Positions 34,301-48,163 of a stretch of 64,000 bases of DNA are shown in pieces. The notes under the pieces are model-generated. The model was not told the DNA's origin. It was given only the letters and a program-made list of their open reading frames with translations, and did no database searches. Source of the DNA: Takakia lepidozioides (lineage: Eukaryota > Plantae > Bryophyta); the NCBI GenBank assembly GCA_030704615.1, contig CM060732.1, positions 10,292,001 through 10,356,000 of the forward strand, given 5' to 3'. Position 1 is the stretch's first letter; the number at the start of each line of letters is the position of its first letter. The position numbers and the translations under genes were made by a program.

Positions 34301-37300
34301 TCCTGGGATCCCATTTGGAGACAGGTGAACGAATCCTTCAAACTTCTTCTCTCCAGGAAACCTTCGACCCAGGCATTCTCAGGGAAGATGTTTCACGTAT
34401 GGGATGGCAACCACCGGTTGCTTGCATGGATGGCTGTCATTGGGAGGCTGCACTCACAGGAGGAAGTGTGGCATTACTCTGTTCGATCGATGGTGCTGGA
34501 TTGTGACGGGAACATGATGGGTCTTCTGACGGCAATGAATGATGTGAACAGGTTGGTTTCCCATTCTACATGTTCCAGTTGTGGTTCCGTGGTTCTTTTG
34601 TTCCAGTCCTCTGTTGACGGTTCTTGAATTTCATTCTGACTTTCACACATCATTCTGCAGAGGGACGGAGACATCGCATGTCAAAACGAGTCTGGTTCAC
34701 ACACTGTACAGGATACAAAGGATCGGGCAGATGCCCTTGACCAACTTCAAGACCATTCTTTCAGACAGAGACGTACAAGAAGTGCGAAAGCTCCAAGACA
34801 TCAGAATCGTGGTACTCGTTGACCCGTGAGGCTTTCATGGAGTATATGTACGCGGTGAGATACATCTTCCATCATCTGGCCTTTCGATATTCCTGCTTCC
34901 ACATGTTTGTTTCTGTTTGTTTCCCTTGCCCTTGGGTTGATGCAACTCTCATGCATTCCCTTGCAGCAAGACATTGCAGATGCAGGAGAGCGTGGCAAAC
35001 TGGAATACTACAGCTCTACCCCTGAGGAGAGAAGGACAGCAAAGGGGGTTGAGAGTCACATCCAGAAAGAGATGACGGCCACAAGAAGGAGTATTATGAG
35101 TGCTTTTGTTAAACAGTTGAGAATTGCCGACCCATCATTCGGACTGCAATTTCTTCAAGAGGTGAAAAACCATTACAACAAGCCAGACAAGCCAGAGATG
35201 GCCCAAGAGAAGTTACACAGGTTGTCTACCGCCGTTGTGTCTTCAGAACAGAAGGTGAAGTGGCTACAGATATGGAACTCCGATCCCACTGTTAGGGATA
35301 CCCACATGTTCCTTAGGCCGGAGAAAGAGAAGAAGACCCAGCGTGTCATTCATGTCAGTGACAATGTGCTGGACACATGGCTTCACAAGGCCACTTACTG
35401 GAGCCAGGTATGATGTCCTTTACTGTGTCACTTTCTTTTCGCTTTTTCTGTCATTCTCTTTCCATGTTACATTGGCTGTGATTGTTTTTGGGTTCATTCT
35501 TGCATTCAAATTGTTTTGCAGTTGGAGGGACGGGCCCGGTCGGTTCTACATACGCAGCTGGCTGACTATGGGATCACCATGACAGCACCGAAGGTCTCCT
35601 TCCAAGCATACATGAGGAAATGGAGAGCCATAGTGTGGCAATCTTGTTTCTTCAAAGAGTTCAGCAAGGAGGGTGGCATCAGTCGAACAAATGAGCTTGA
35701 CCAGCAAGAGAAATGAGAGGAAGCCTAGAAACGATGCCTTTACAGGTGCGAAATGGACTGTGCTTCTTTGTTTTGCAAATCCTCCATCCAACCTGTTTTG
35801 GGCTGGCTCATATGAGTTTGCGGTGCCACACACTCGTTTGTTCTATCCGTGTGTAGTAACACCAACGTGCACACCCTGGGCCCTTCAAGCTATTTTGTGT
35901 GCGGTGGTTGCAGTGTACTGTGCCGCATACTCTTTTAGGGGGTCTTCGTGATGTGGTGGAAAAGCTGGGAGACAATAATTGCATTGCATAATGAGGCTGT
36001 CTCTGTTCCTGCAGGTACATAAAGTATGTTCTCATGGCAGACAATTGCTTGGACAAACATCCTGATTTCGTGGACCTTTGGCTTGTCCCTGCTGGCAACC
36101 AGACCATGTTTACTACGGGGATCTTGCATGACTGGGGCCCAGACCATCTTTCGGCTTGTGGTTGGTAATTGGATTGCCCTATTTCTAAGACCCCAGCTCA
36201 GGAGGTGTCTTTGAGGAGAGAGAATGAGCGTATAGCAGCCACCGCCGCAGCAGCCGACCTCGACATTCATGATAGAAATTTGAGGACTCTTGCAGAGAAG
36301 GAGCCTCCCGCTCAGGATACCCCGGGTAGAGGTAGAAAGGCAAAGGGAAATGATGTTGATGGTGGTGTGGGGAAAGGATGGGGTAGGGGGAAGGGGGCAC
36401 AAGGGTAGGTAGGTGGGCAGGGAAGTGTTCCAGATACTGGCCCTGTGGTGGATGTCATGCAGACTCCACCGCATGGTAGGGGATCCGGGAGAAATAACAA
36501 GGGGGTGGTTGATCCCAAGGACCCGTACCATGCAGTGGAGCATCCCACGAGGGTCATTCGCCCTACCAGGTTGGAGATGGCCAACGTCGGGTTCCTTGCC
36601 ATGATGGAGTCCAAGAAATCTGATTACAAGGGCGAGCCATCACCAGTGTGGGAGAGGATTGTGGAGTTCCTCGGCACGGTGCGTGTTGTCTTTTGCTTCA
36701 TGTCTGTTGTGGGCATGGATCGTTTCAATCCTCTTGAGCATTCCATTGCATGCTTGTTTGCAAGCTAAAATGACCAAATCCTGGGTGAACGGGAAGGAGA
36801 AGCATATGCAGCCGAACTCATCATCTTGGACATCCCTGATGGGTTGCCAGTCCCGGATGTCCCTCCATCGGGTGCTTGTCCAGGTTGGAATGCTTTTGAT
36901 GAGCGCTACTGGCGGTGGGTTTTCTCCTTTTGCAATTTCTTTCTATCCGATGCAGGTGTGTTGGTGCTCATCCGGTCCATTGACCTTCGCTGTCGCCGTG
37001 CACTTGCCAGCTATTTGAAAGCCTCCGGTATGAGGGTTCTGAAGACATGGAATTGTGTGAACAACATGTACCTGACGAAGGGGGATCGTCCGGGAGAGAT
37101 GGTAAATCTGCTTTCTTATTCCTCTTCTTGGTGGTTCTCGGGTGGAGTTGCATAAGTCGCTCAAATGAATATGTAGGGGCCTGGTTTTCAAGCTTCTTAG
37201 TTCCTTGTGGATGTCCTGTTCGCAGACTCGTTTGTTTGAAGTTGTTTGTCTCGTCCGAGTGCATCCACCTACGACTCCAGCCGTCATTAGGGAGTTCGCC

Positions 37301-38005
37301 ATCACTCATGGGGGCAAGTTCATAGACGAGAGGACAGATCCTCCCACGGATGACATGCACCACAACTACGTGGACATCGACGTGTGCTTGCGAAGGGGGA
37401 ATGGGGTTCATTGGAGAGGGGCCAGGGAGAGGAGCCGACTTTCATTCAACGATTGTGGAGTGCTGCACCTACACAGACGCCATAGTTCTGGATTTGTCAA
37501 TGGCACAGGTTCGTCACTTCAACATTCACATTTCATGAGGTTTGTTTGAGCTTGCACTTTCAGCACTTCCGACCGTTCCAAATGTGTCTCCAATGTCTGT
37601 TTCCTTCATTCAATTCCACTGCAGGTGCTTCGTACCACGCTTTGCAAGGCCAGTGCGCGACATCTCTTTTGGGATTGAAGGGGATGCTGAGATTTCAGAG
37701 AACTCCCGATGTTTTGGTGGACATACTTCTCAAGTCATTTCTGGTGTCTGTGAGATGGACTCCGACTTTGTCTGTGAAAAACCCGTGGATACTTGCATTG
37801 TTGTTTCAATACCCAGAATCACTGTTCTTAAGGCAAAGTGCACATGGGAGACATCCTCTTTGTTGGACTTGTGCATTGCATCATTGTGTTCAAAATGGGT
37901 TTTTGTCGACTTGTGTAGGAGTCCGCGTGCTTCCACTGACCCTCCAGGGCTATCGCACCTTTTTGGACTTCTTTCAAGTCCTCCTCAGTCTTACGTGCTA
38001 CCTGT
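31367..38005 (+). pseudogene. ParB-like + methyltransferase-like gene C (in-frame stops and frameshifts; 3' end cut by an LTR)
   Basis: KIPLYRLV..FYVS..MFHVWDGNHRLLAW..AMNDVN (33962-34552); AELIILDIPDG (~36810-36845); ..CTYTDAIVLDL..GTG|ASYH..FGIEGDAEI (~37450-37700). Confidence 0.82.
31690..33880. repeat. Array C: 18 units of ~116 bp, each carrying palindrome CAGTGTGCG-GCAA-CGCACACTG, filling the first intron (~31677-33955) of gene C
   Basis: Motif at 31712, 31830, 31946, 32064, 32180, 32295, 32411, 32527, 32643, 32758, 32874, 32990, 33106, 33221, 33468, 33584, 33683, 33809. Confidence 0.95.
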
Positions 38006-38299
38006 TGTTAGAGGACTGTCTGGGACTTAGACACTTATACGGGATCTGTAGGGTACCCTTAATTTTTGCACAGACTGAGAACACAGGAGCCTTAGGGGTG
38101 ACACGGTGACAGCAGCACACTGTAAAAGGGGGTTAACAGTCCATCACAGCCAACACAGCCATCACAGCCAACACAGCCCGACACACATCACAATCGACAC
38201 AGCAACACAGCCCGTCACAGCCGACACCGCCACACAGCCAGTCACAGCCCGACACAGCCAAACACAGTTGCACAGCCAGTCACAGCCCATCACAGTTTT

Positions 38300-39025
38300 T
38301 GTCGCGGCCCTTTGCCTTGAGGGCAGGGGGTCGGGACACAATGAGGGGCTGCCCTGGTGGGGGGCAGCGGGCAGCGATAGGTATGGGGGGCTGAAAGCAC
38401 CCTTGAGTGCCCAAGGCACTCAAGGAGGCGGGAGGCGCTCACTAGGTGGAGCCCCGCACACCGGGTTTGCGGTGGAGGTGGCTCCACAGGGGTGGTGGGA
38501 GCTTAGTGGGACTTAGTGGGGTTGGCATAGGACTCACCATGGGGTGGAGACCTCGAGGTGGGAGTCGTGGGGAGTCTTGGGACTCATCACGGTCCATTGG
38601 GGCCGCGGTGAGGGGCCAAGACTCACCGCGACTCACCAACGGGAGTCGAGGGTTTTCGTGGTGGTTCGCCATAAAATGGCATGGCTGGTTATGAAACCCC
38701 CGCGGACAGCTACAGAAAGTAATATAGGGGAGTAGTAACCCCGAAGAACGGTGCAAGCCCGTGGTGACCAAAAACTAGTGAGTAAGCGAGCGAGCCGGAA
38801 AGCGACAAAGAGTGGGGAGCTGTTCCGGACTGCCATCTACCAAAGGGAATTTCTCCTAGTCCCAAATAGGTGGAGGGTTTAGAGGGAAGCGGAAGGGGAC
38901 AGTTATGTCCCGGTGAGCAGCCGAAACTCCAAGTTGGCCCGGCGGCCAGGTTGGGAGTCAGGCGCGCGCATCAAAGCGAGTAACTATGACTTGAAGGGGA
39001 GTTTACCGAATTGAGGTGTGCGACA
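38300..39025 (+). repeat. Solo LTR of family 1, nested in a family-2 LTR
   Basis: TGTCGC...GCGACA flanked by TSD GTTTT (38295-38299 and 39026-39030). Confidence 0.93.
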
Positions 39026-39622
39026 GTTTTACACATCCAGTCACAGCTTGACAAAGCTGTCACGACCAGGGAACGGAGAGCAGGACAGGGAACGACTGTG
39101 GGGGGGGAACAACACCTGCAAATGGAACATGTTAGTTCACGGACGACGGTTAGTGAGGGAACCGGTTAGAGCCACGGGTAGAAGAGAAAGGGGGAAGCAA
39201 GGACTGAGAAGGGGGGATTATTCTTGGAAGCACGTGAGGGGAAGGACTTCTTGGTCGGGAAGAGAGGGGATCGGGCGGAGAGCAGAGCAGAACGGAAGCA
39301 AGCATGGAGAGCACGGTGAAGGGAAGGAGAAGCGGATGATTACCAGGCTTGTTATATGCAAAGCTGTAGTGATATTGTAAAGCAGATTAGAGACACAATG
39401 GCTTTGGCCTGATACCTGATAAATCATAATCTGATAATTATACGATACAATCACACTGTGTAGAGAGATTTGAGTGAAGTTGTGGAATGAATGGATGAGT
39501 TGAAGGAATCCGATAGATTGATGAAGCAAACTGATACTTAATTATCAATGGTAAGGTAGCTAACATGAATGTGGAAAGGGGAACAAATAGGAAACACCCC
39601 CATGATACACTAGCTGTAGGTC

Positions 39623-40318
39623 ATGACTGATTGTTCTGCGCGGGCTGAGTACTTAGAGATTTCCAACTCTTCTATCTTGGAGTTTCCGCCTCGGATAGCG
39701 AAGGGATGGGTGAGTAAAAGCCGCGCGACATTTGGCGACCATACTGCGGAACTGAGTCATGAACAACCAGATGTGACAGGTATCTGGTGGGATCATGGTG
39801 GTTGGACCATTAAAGAATTTGAAGTGAATCAAATTCCCTGTGGAACGAAGGAAGAAAGATTGTCCAAACAATTCTTTCAAAGGTTCTTGGAATTGCCAGA
39901 CGGTTGTAAAGAAAATATTCTTAAGCGAGTGTATGATGCTGATCCGGAATGGGGTCTGGAGAAAGAAGTGATAAAGATTTATCAGGTAGCCTGTAGAGGA
40001 AGAGCACGTTGGTTACCAACGTTGGTTTATGTGATAGCATTGCTATCCATTAAGCGAGTAGAGTTTGAAGGCTGGGAAGAAAGAAAAGTGAATGTTTATA
40101 CTCATATGCATGAAGAGCTTGTACTGGTAAAGAATTGGATTCCAAAGGATATTTTGTGGATCAAACTCACACCAAGAACAGCTTTCCAGACTTGTTTGCC
40201 ATATGGTTATATGGTAATGGAGACTTCTAGTATAGCCAAGGGTGCATTGAAGCTTGAAAGAAACCCAGGCATATATGAGAGATATTACAGAAGAGAGTTT
40301 TGGTTATTGCCACATTAA
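39623..40318 (+). CDS. Extra ORF 5' of gag in family 2 (unknown function; true start probably after the PBS)
   Basis: 231-aa ORF; its C-terminal half is conserved at 53850-54200. Confidence 0.5.
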   Translation: MTDCSARAEYLEISNSSILEFPPRIAKGWVSKSRATFGDHTAELSHEQPDVTGIWWDHGGWTIKEFEVNQIPCGTKEERLSKQFFQRFLELPDGCKENILKRVYDADPEWGLEKEVIKIYQVACRGRARWLPTLVYVIALLSIKRVEFEGWEERKVNVYTHMHEELVLVKNWIPKDILWIKLTPRTAFQTCLPYGYMVMETSSIAKGALKLERNPGIYERYYRREFWLLPH

Positions 40319-40340
40319 AAAGAAATGAAAGACATGGGAC

Positions 40341-43300
40341 ATGAGTGATGAAAGAGAAGCTAGATGCCAGAGATATTCAGCAAAAAGAGAAAGCTATCTG
40401 AAAGCTAATTATCCATATCTTTGGGAGAGAGGAATAGACATAGGGGAATCATCTGGACCTCTCACACCATTAAGATCAAAGAGTACATCACCCATACCGG
40501 AAGAACAAGAGTTGGATGCCACTCCTTCTGTTTCTTTGCAAGAAAGATTAAGGGAATTGGTACAGGAAGAAGATCAATCACGAGGTGAAAGATCTGAGGT
40601 ACATCCCTGGATAAAAGATTTGACAGAAATCTTTGATAAGAGTTGGCATGGAACACCAAAAGCAGGAACTCCGGTTTCTGAAGCGAAAGGTGAAGAAGGA
40701 GAAGAGGATGTGGTAGAGCCAATGGAGAGTTCAGACTCTCCAACACCATTACAGTTGAGTTACATGAGTGAAGAAGAAACCCAAGGGCAGAACTTGGAGG
40801 ATGAAAACAGAGAGAAGAGAATTGGAAGAGGAAGAATATGAAGAAGTAGACCCAACACCTGAGGTTGAGACTACAACCAGGACATCCCAACCCGTTGGAC
40901 CTGGATCAAGTGGAGCACTTGGATCACAGGCCAACGAAGGTGTCGGCTCAGGGGGATCAGGCGGGCGGCCTGGATCTGGCTCTGGGGGGACAGGGAGTGT
41001 GGGAAGTAGTGCAACTGAAGCTGGGAATACTGTGAATATCGTGGGGCCAGAAGCAGAGAGTGCTCAAGGGCCACCACTTGGTGGAAGATCCACCACAAAA
41101 ACAACAGGTCCAGAAGAGTGCCAGCACCTGTCAGTGGGCAGAAGGTAGGGCCACAGATGGCGTTACAACCAACACGGGCAAAACCACCCTTTCCAATATA
41201 TTCAGGAAAAAGGGATCCCGATGTACACATTAGCCAATTTGAGCACATGTGTATAGTGAACAATGAGAATGGCGATGATGCCAAGATGAGATTGTTTCCT
41301 TGTTCACTTATCAAGAAAGCAAGTGAATGGTATGCAAGATTCCCTGATAATCATTTCCTAACCTGGAATGGCTTGAATACAGCATTCCAAAATAGGTTCA
41401 GGACAAGTAAAACTGAGGATGAAGTGTATGGAAGTTTACAACAGTTAAAGCAAAAGAAGCATGAAACTGTTGAGGAGTATATGGAAAAGATGGAATTGAT
41501 GATGAAAAAGCTGGCTGCAGTACCAGAACCCGGTTTACAGAAGACTTGGTTTGTGAGTGGACTAAGACCAGAGTTGCAAAAGAAAGTGGATATGTTACCC
41601 CATAATACAGTGGAGGAGGCATTTGAAACTGCAAACAGAATTGAGCAATTGGGAATGCTCAGAAGAGAGAAAAGGGATGAGGATGACTCTGAGGATGAGT
41701 CAGATGACGAAGAAGAGCAGGAACTAAAAAGGAGGAGTAAGAGAAAGGAGAAGCTGAAGAGGGATAACTATGAAAAAAGATTGGAAGAAATCTTGAAGAA
41801 GTATGCCACAGAGGCTGCAACACATTGGAGGAAGGGTGTTTGGTGTGCAAAATGCCAGAATGAAGGCCACACCACTACTGAATGCCACATGAAAGAGAAA
41901 CACTGTACTATCTGTAAAATTGATAACCATTCTACTGAGAATTGTTACTACAACAGAAGGACAGCTGCAAGAGAACCTAGGCAAGTAAGGGTGCATCAGG
42001 TGCAGCCCTAGCCAAGAAGAAACAATGATCAGGACCACTATGGTAGGTCTGGTGGTTATAACAATGGCATGGAAGGGAGAGGTAATTCAAGAGGGAATTA
42101 CCAAGGAAATTCCAGAGGCAACTATCAGGGTAATCCAAGGGGGAATTACCAGCCCGGGAATCAGGATTATAGAAATAATCCAAGAACAGACCAAGGGCGA
42201 GGACCCAATGGTGAAGAACTATGTTACTATTGTAATCAGCCAGGACATCGCAGGGCAGCCTGTTCATTCTGGATAAGACACCAGAATGAGATGAGAGCTC
42301 CTGTGAATGAGGGCCCAGTGGTGGCAGCTCACATGGTTAGGCCATGTGTTGTGCCAGAAGTAAGTACAATGATAGTAACAAGAAGTAAAGCCAAATTAAT
42401 ACCTCCAGTAGTAGAGGAAGAAGATGATAATAAAGGTGGCAATGATACGCCTGAAGATGAAGAGACATGGAAAGATGAGAAGGAACTGCACAAGGAAGTG
42501 GCAGATACTATAAGGGAAATGCAGAAGAGTACTGATATTCTTGTGGCAGATTCCTCTGATTCTGATGGAGAAGAAGAAGGGAGTGAGGAAGAAAGGAAGA
42601 AAGAAGATGCAGACATGCAAAGTAATGAAGAGACTTTGGCTGAAGTAATATGCCAGACCAAAGCAGAAATTACCATTGGACAACTATTGGCTGTGGCACC
42701 TTATTGTAGGCACAGGCTGTATCAAGCAATCAATCGAATTGCCCAGGAGACAGGAAACACAGACCTGAACAGCAATGTGACCAGTTATAATGTGAAGCCG
42801 GAAGGGCGAGAAATAGTCATGGACTTTGATGATTCTATGCCAGTAATCCAATTGAGAATTAGAAGCACAGAACTAACTGATGTACTGATAGATGGAGGCT
42901 CAGGAGTAAATATCATGACAGACCAATTAAGAAAGAAGCTTGGCCTAAGTAACATGAAACCAGCCCCATTTACAGTAACAATGGCAGATCAAAGAAGTGT
43001 ACAGCCATTGGGATTAATAAGAGGAGTTAAGATACAGATACAGAAGATGATCTTTATGATCACAGTAACTGTGTTGAAGATGGATGAAGTCATGGAGGCT
43101 TACTCCTTATTATTGGGACGTCCGTGGCTGAAACAGGCCAGGGTATTCCATGACTGGAATTCTCAGTTACTAACCGTGCATAATGGGATACACGAGATAC
43201 AAATTACCACAAAGAAATCTAGTAGATTACCTGCTACAAGAAGACCTCAGGGAGTCAGAGAGTATGACTGGAGAGGAGGACTGGATGAGGAACAGGAAGC

Positions 43301-44138
43301 TACCCTATTTGCTGCACACCCAGAGTGGGAGCAGGTTGCAGAGATGCGGGTGGAAAGCCTAAGTTGTTTAAGAGGTATCTGCTATGGTGTAGTGACAGCA
43401 ACACCAACTGAAGAGGAAACTAGCAGTTACCCATCACATTTCTATGAAGAAAGAGAAGGAGAAATGGAAATCCTAGAGGAACCAGCCACTGTGAGCTTAC
43501 AGGATGAAGTGGTGACTGGTTGGACAATCACAGCTGATGAGCAGGTGAGGGAAGTGAATGTGGGAACTAAAGAGGAACCGAGGATGGTGAACGTAGGAGC
43601 TGATTTGGAGCCGGAATTCTTTGAAGAAGCTAAAAGCTTGTTCATCAAATACAGAGATGTATTTGCTTGGAGCTATGAGGATTTAAAAGGGATACCACCT
43701 GAAGTCTGTCAGCATAAGATTGAACTGGAACCAGGGTCAGTACCAATCAAACAGGCGAGGTACAGAATGAATCCCAACTACGCACAGAAGGTTGGAGAAG
43801 AGATCAAGAAGTTGGCTGAGGCTAAGTTTATATATCCAATAGAGTATACAACTTGGTTGTCACCCATTGTGATAGTTCCCAAGAAGAATGGTAAACTAAG
43901 AGTTTGTGTGAACTACAAGAAGCTGAATGCTTGTACGAAGAAAGATCCTTTCCCTTTGCCATTCACAGAAGCAGTATTAGACACTGTGGCAGGCCATGAG
44001 ATGTACTCATTCATGGATGGCTTCAGTGGTTATAATCAAGTGCAAGTGGCAGAAGAAGACCAAGGAAAAACAGCTTTCATCACAGACTGGGGGGCTTATG
44101 CATACAAAGTCATGCCCTTTGGACTTTGTAATGCACCA
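40341..44138 (+). pseudogene. gag-protease-RT (N-terminal part) of family 2 copy 1
   Basis: PPFPIYSGKRDPDVHI..MRLFPCSL; CAKCQNEGH, CTICKIDNH, CYYCNQPGH; WLSPIVIVPKKNGKLRVC..MDGFSGYNQ..MPFGLCNAP, then a break. Confidence 0.9.
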
Positions 44139-44733
44139 CCGAAGTGACTTCTTCTTCCCTCTCCGAAGGCCGTGCTTCCAATAATAACAGCCCTTTGTGC
44201 TGCTGTGCCCCATCCTGCCCAAGAGCTTGGGAAACATCATCTTGCGGTCTCCGTGAAGCCCGTGGATCCGCCACTACAGTCATACCCCGCTTCTGTCTCT
44301 TAGACTGGTGTTGCCCTGCTAGTCCACCCTCACTATGTGAAGAGCTCTGTTCTTCAATTGCAGTGGTTACTGCCTCAAACACTCCCATCTCCTTACGTTC
44401 CCGAGTATCAAGTATGCAAGAGTCAAGAATGATTTGGGCAATGACTGGACCAGACACAATGATCGGAGACTTAGCAGCAGTGCCCTGTAACCTCTTCATC
44501 TCATCCACTAGACCATTGTACATTAACTCTGCCCAAGCTACATCCTCTCCCCTCAAAGTTTTCAGGATCTCCTCTGTGAATGACCTACTCAAATATTGTT
44601 GGTTCTGTTTCATGGCAAACAGAACGTTCAATATTTGGCCAACTTCTCTGAGCCTTGGGTACTCGGCTTTGGTACAAGCGTAACCTTGAGTCTTAAAGAA
44701 ACTCCCTTCTTGGAACAAATTCCCTATCTGCAA
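44139..44733 (-). pseudogene. N-terminal part of the 3' extra ORF of family 2 (within the inversion)
   Basis: Lies downstream of integrase on the minus strand. The ILKTLRGEDVAWAELM..GPVIAQII pattern resembles Athila/Tat accessory ORFs (recognised by eye only). Confidence 0.45.
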
Positions 44734-46201
44734 TTTGCCCTGTGCTCATCCACATCCACATGACCTAATGGCAAATCAAACAATTGCTGCAAGTACTGGG
44801 GAGTAATTTCTATATCTACTCCCCTCACCTAGGTAACTCCCGTCCGAGGCTCAAAGTTTTGAAGAAATTGAATCATATACTGCCGATGATGCAAGGACTT
44901 GTCCTTGCGTAGCAGCCCCTCCAATCGCAACTCCCTCAGCAGCTGCACTGCCTGCGGTGTAGCAATTGTTTGCTTCTGCAGAATCGTGGTGGCTCTTCAC
45001 CCTAATATCCTCCATTCCCCTCACTCTCTTCATTCTAGACAAACAAAAAGGCCTTGTTTGAAACAGCTGAAGGAAAGCTTGCAGGGCACAGAGCATAAAG
45101 GTATGGTTGGCACAGAATGGAACAGGTAAATGCGTGTAAGCATGTGGGGCTTGCAAGTATCGAGTGAGAAAAAATGTACTCTCAATTCGTCTGTTCTTGC
45201 GCCACTGCGTGAGAAATAAAGCGAGTGTGTAATCCATTACATCCGCCATAGCTACAAAGCTAGTGCTATGATTGACCCTCTCGTCGAGACACTGGCTATT
45301 CGGAGCCACCCCGACTCTTCTGCTCATAACACTACCTATTTCTTGTTCTTGTTTCTTGGAAGGAACCACCTGCATGTAATTCTCACTCCTGATTGGCTGT
45401 TGCCTGCTTAGGTAATTTCTTAATTCCACCCCCCTCCGTGGACATTCCCACCTGGAATGTCCAGTAGGACAGCACATGTGGCATAGGTCCCTCTTTTCTG
45501 TACTCGGAAAGGGTTCCGTTACCCTTGCTTTGTATGCATTAATGGGCCCACAAATAGTCTTAGCTGATGTACCGGATAGGTACTTTGACGGCCCGATTTG
45601 TCCTCTTGCATGATGAGACCCACTCTTGCAATTTATGCAGTGCGGTGTGCTTCGCCTTAGTGGCCACGTGTCCGTTTTTAGACATGCCCCCGACTTCCCC
45701 TCTCCGCGTGGCATATTCTCCGAGTTTGACTTCCAAACTTCTTCATCACTTGACGGCCACTTTTCTGACATTAACCCGCGTCCACCTGTCACTGATCCAA
45801 TGGACTGTGTAACCCGCATGGGCTGTGTTGGGCTGTGTCAGGCTGTGACTAACTGTGGTGAACTGTGATAAGCTGTTTGACACTATGATGGGCTGTGATA
45901 GGCTGTGTGGCACTGTGATGGGCTGTGATAGGCCGTGTCCCGCTGTGATGGGCTGTGATAGGCTGTGTCACGCTGTGTTGGGCTGTGATAGGCTGTGTTG
46001 GGTTGTGATAGGTCGTGTCACGCTGTGTTGGGCTGTGATAGCTATGCGAACACCTGTACTTCCCGCCCTGGTCATACACGCTCGGCTTAGCGACAAGTGC
46101 TCCATACTCCGTTGGTATCACTGGCGCAGCCCATGACTGTTTTTGTGTTTCAACATGCAAATCGTGCTGCAATGGTTTGTCATGGATACCATTGTACCCC
46201 T

Positions 46202-48140
46202 TCAACTTATTGGCATTGACTCTTCCCAGCATTTCTTTGTTAATGGTTTGTAACATGGCGGTGTTATTATCATACATCTTCTGTATGTCATAAGGTCCTT
46301 ATATGGTGATTTAAGCTTAGAAGCTTTAATCTTCCCCTTCTTCTGCAACCACAGAACCAAATCTCCCGTCTTAAAAGTCTTTAATTTACCTTCATCAAAC
46401 TGATCCTTCCTCTTCATTTGAATTCTGGTCATGTTATCAACTGCATCAGCACGATGGTATAATTCGTGTTTCCTGACCTTAATTGAATCTTCCAATTCCA
46501 TTCTCCTTCCCCATTCAGTTCTCATGGTAGGTAACGAGAATTCCACTGGAAGTAAGGCTTCCATACCATAAACTAATTGGAATGGTGTATACTTAGTGGT
46601 GACTTTATATGAAGTCCTGTATGACCACAAAGCTATCAGCAGCTTTGTATCCCAATCTGTTCTGTTTGCATTGACTATCTTAGCCAAGATAGTACATAGT
46701 ATTTTGTTGGTAGCCTTTGCCTGCCCATTACCCTGTGGGTAATAAGTTGTACTCTTCCTATGCACAATCATGAACTCTTTAGTCAATAGTTCAATGGTCT
46801 CATTAATGAAGTGACTTCCCTGGTCACTGATAAATTCCAGGGGACAGCCAAATCGTGTAAGTATGTTCTCATACAGGAACCTTGCTGTGGACTTAGCTGT
46901 GTTGTCCCTCAGAGCTTTAGCTTCCACCCACTTTGTAGTATAATCAATGGTTGTGATTATATACTTGTTCTGTGTATTCTTGGCTGGTGGGTTAATTGGT
47001 CCAACAAAGTCTAGTCCCCATTTCTGAAATGGTTCAGTAGGCATCGTAGGATGCAAAGCCATCTTCCCAGATCTCTGAAATGGTCATAGCCTCTGGCACT
47101 CATCACAACTCTTACAATACTTGTGTACATCCTTGAACAAAGTAGGCCACCAGTAACCTGCAAGTAGTATCTTTCTACTGGTAGTCTCTTCTCCAAAATG
47201 ACCTCCAGCCACTCCTTTATGAACTTCCTCCAAAACTTTATTTACTTCATGGTGGTACAAGCATCGTTTAAGTACTCTATCAGGTCCTAGCTTATACATT
47301 CTGCCCCCTACCATTGTATAAGGTAAAGCCTTGATAGCGATTCTCTTCCTCTTCTCCTTTCCATAACTAGGTGGGCACTGACCATGAGTAAGGTAGTATC
47401 TAATTGGCCACTGCCAATCTAAACAGTCATCTACACTTCCCTGCACCTCCACTGCAAATAAACTCGCATAAGATAATTGGTTGTCTACTCCTGTGGCGGG
47501 CTCTCCTGTTGATAGGTGTGACAAGTTATCTGCCAAAAGATGCAAACGGCCAGGCTTGTAAACAACTTCGAACTCAAATTCGTGCAAGATTATTAACCAC
47601 CTTGCTATCCTTCCACTTATCAAAGGTTTGTTCACCAGATATATCAGAGCCTGGTGATCCACATAAAACATAAACTTCATTCCCAATAGGTAATGCCTGA
47701 ATTTCTTGACTGCATAAATCATTGTTAGTGCTTCTCTTTTAGTTGTGCTATAGTTCCTTTCAGCACTGTTCATCAACCTGCTAGCATAGTACATAGATGA
47801 ATCTATATTTCCTGTAACATTTTGGGCTAACACTGCTCCCAACGCTTCTCCTGAGGCATCACAGTGAACAAAAAATACTACATGCCAGTGAGGGTTAATC
47901 AGCACAGGTGTAGTTGTTACTGACAATGTAAGTTCCTCAAAAGCCTGTTGACATTCAAGTGTCCATGCAAACACTGCATCTTTCTTCAGAAGCCTGCTCA
48001 ATGGTGCTGCTATCTGTGCATATCGTCTGACAAATCTTCTGTAATAATTGGTTTGTCCAAGGAATCTTCTTAGACTCTTAACATTTACTGGTGGTGGAGA
48101 GGCTTTAATGGCCTCTATCTTTCTGGGATCCACAAGAAGT
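46202..48140 (-). pseudogene. RT C-terminus, RNase H and integrase of family 2, in inverted orientation
   Basis: LLVDPRKIEAI..HCDASGEALG..HKGVAGGH..CDECQR..WGLDFVGP..DQGSHF..YYPQGNG. Confidence 0.9.
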
Positions 48141-48163
48141 AATATAAGGACACTACAGCACCT

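Noticed and set aside
45805-46045. GGCTGTG/CACAGC-rich repeats (also ~38140-38295, ~50685-50880, ~51730-51940, ~52785-52935) as a fourth motif system
   Set aside because: They are non-palindromic ~10-bp minisatellites intrinsic to family-2 LTR and internal regions.
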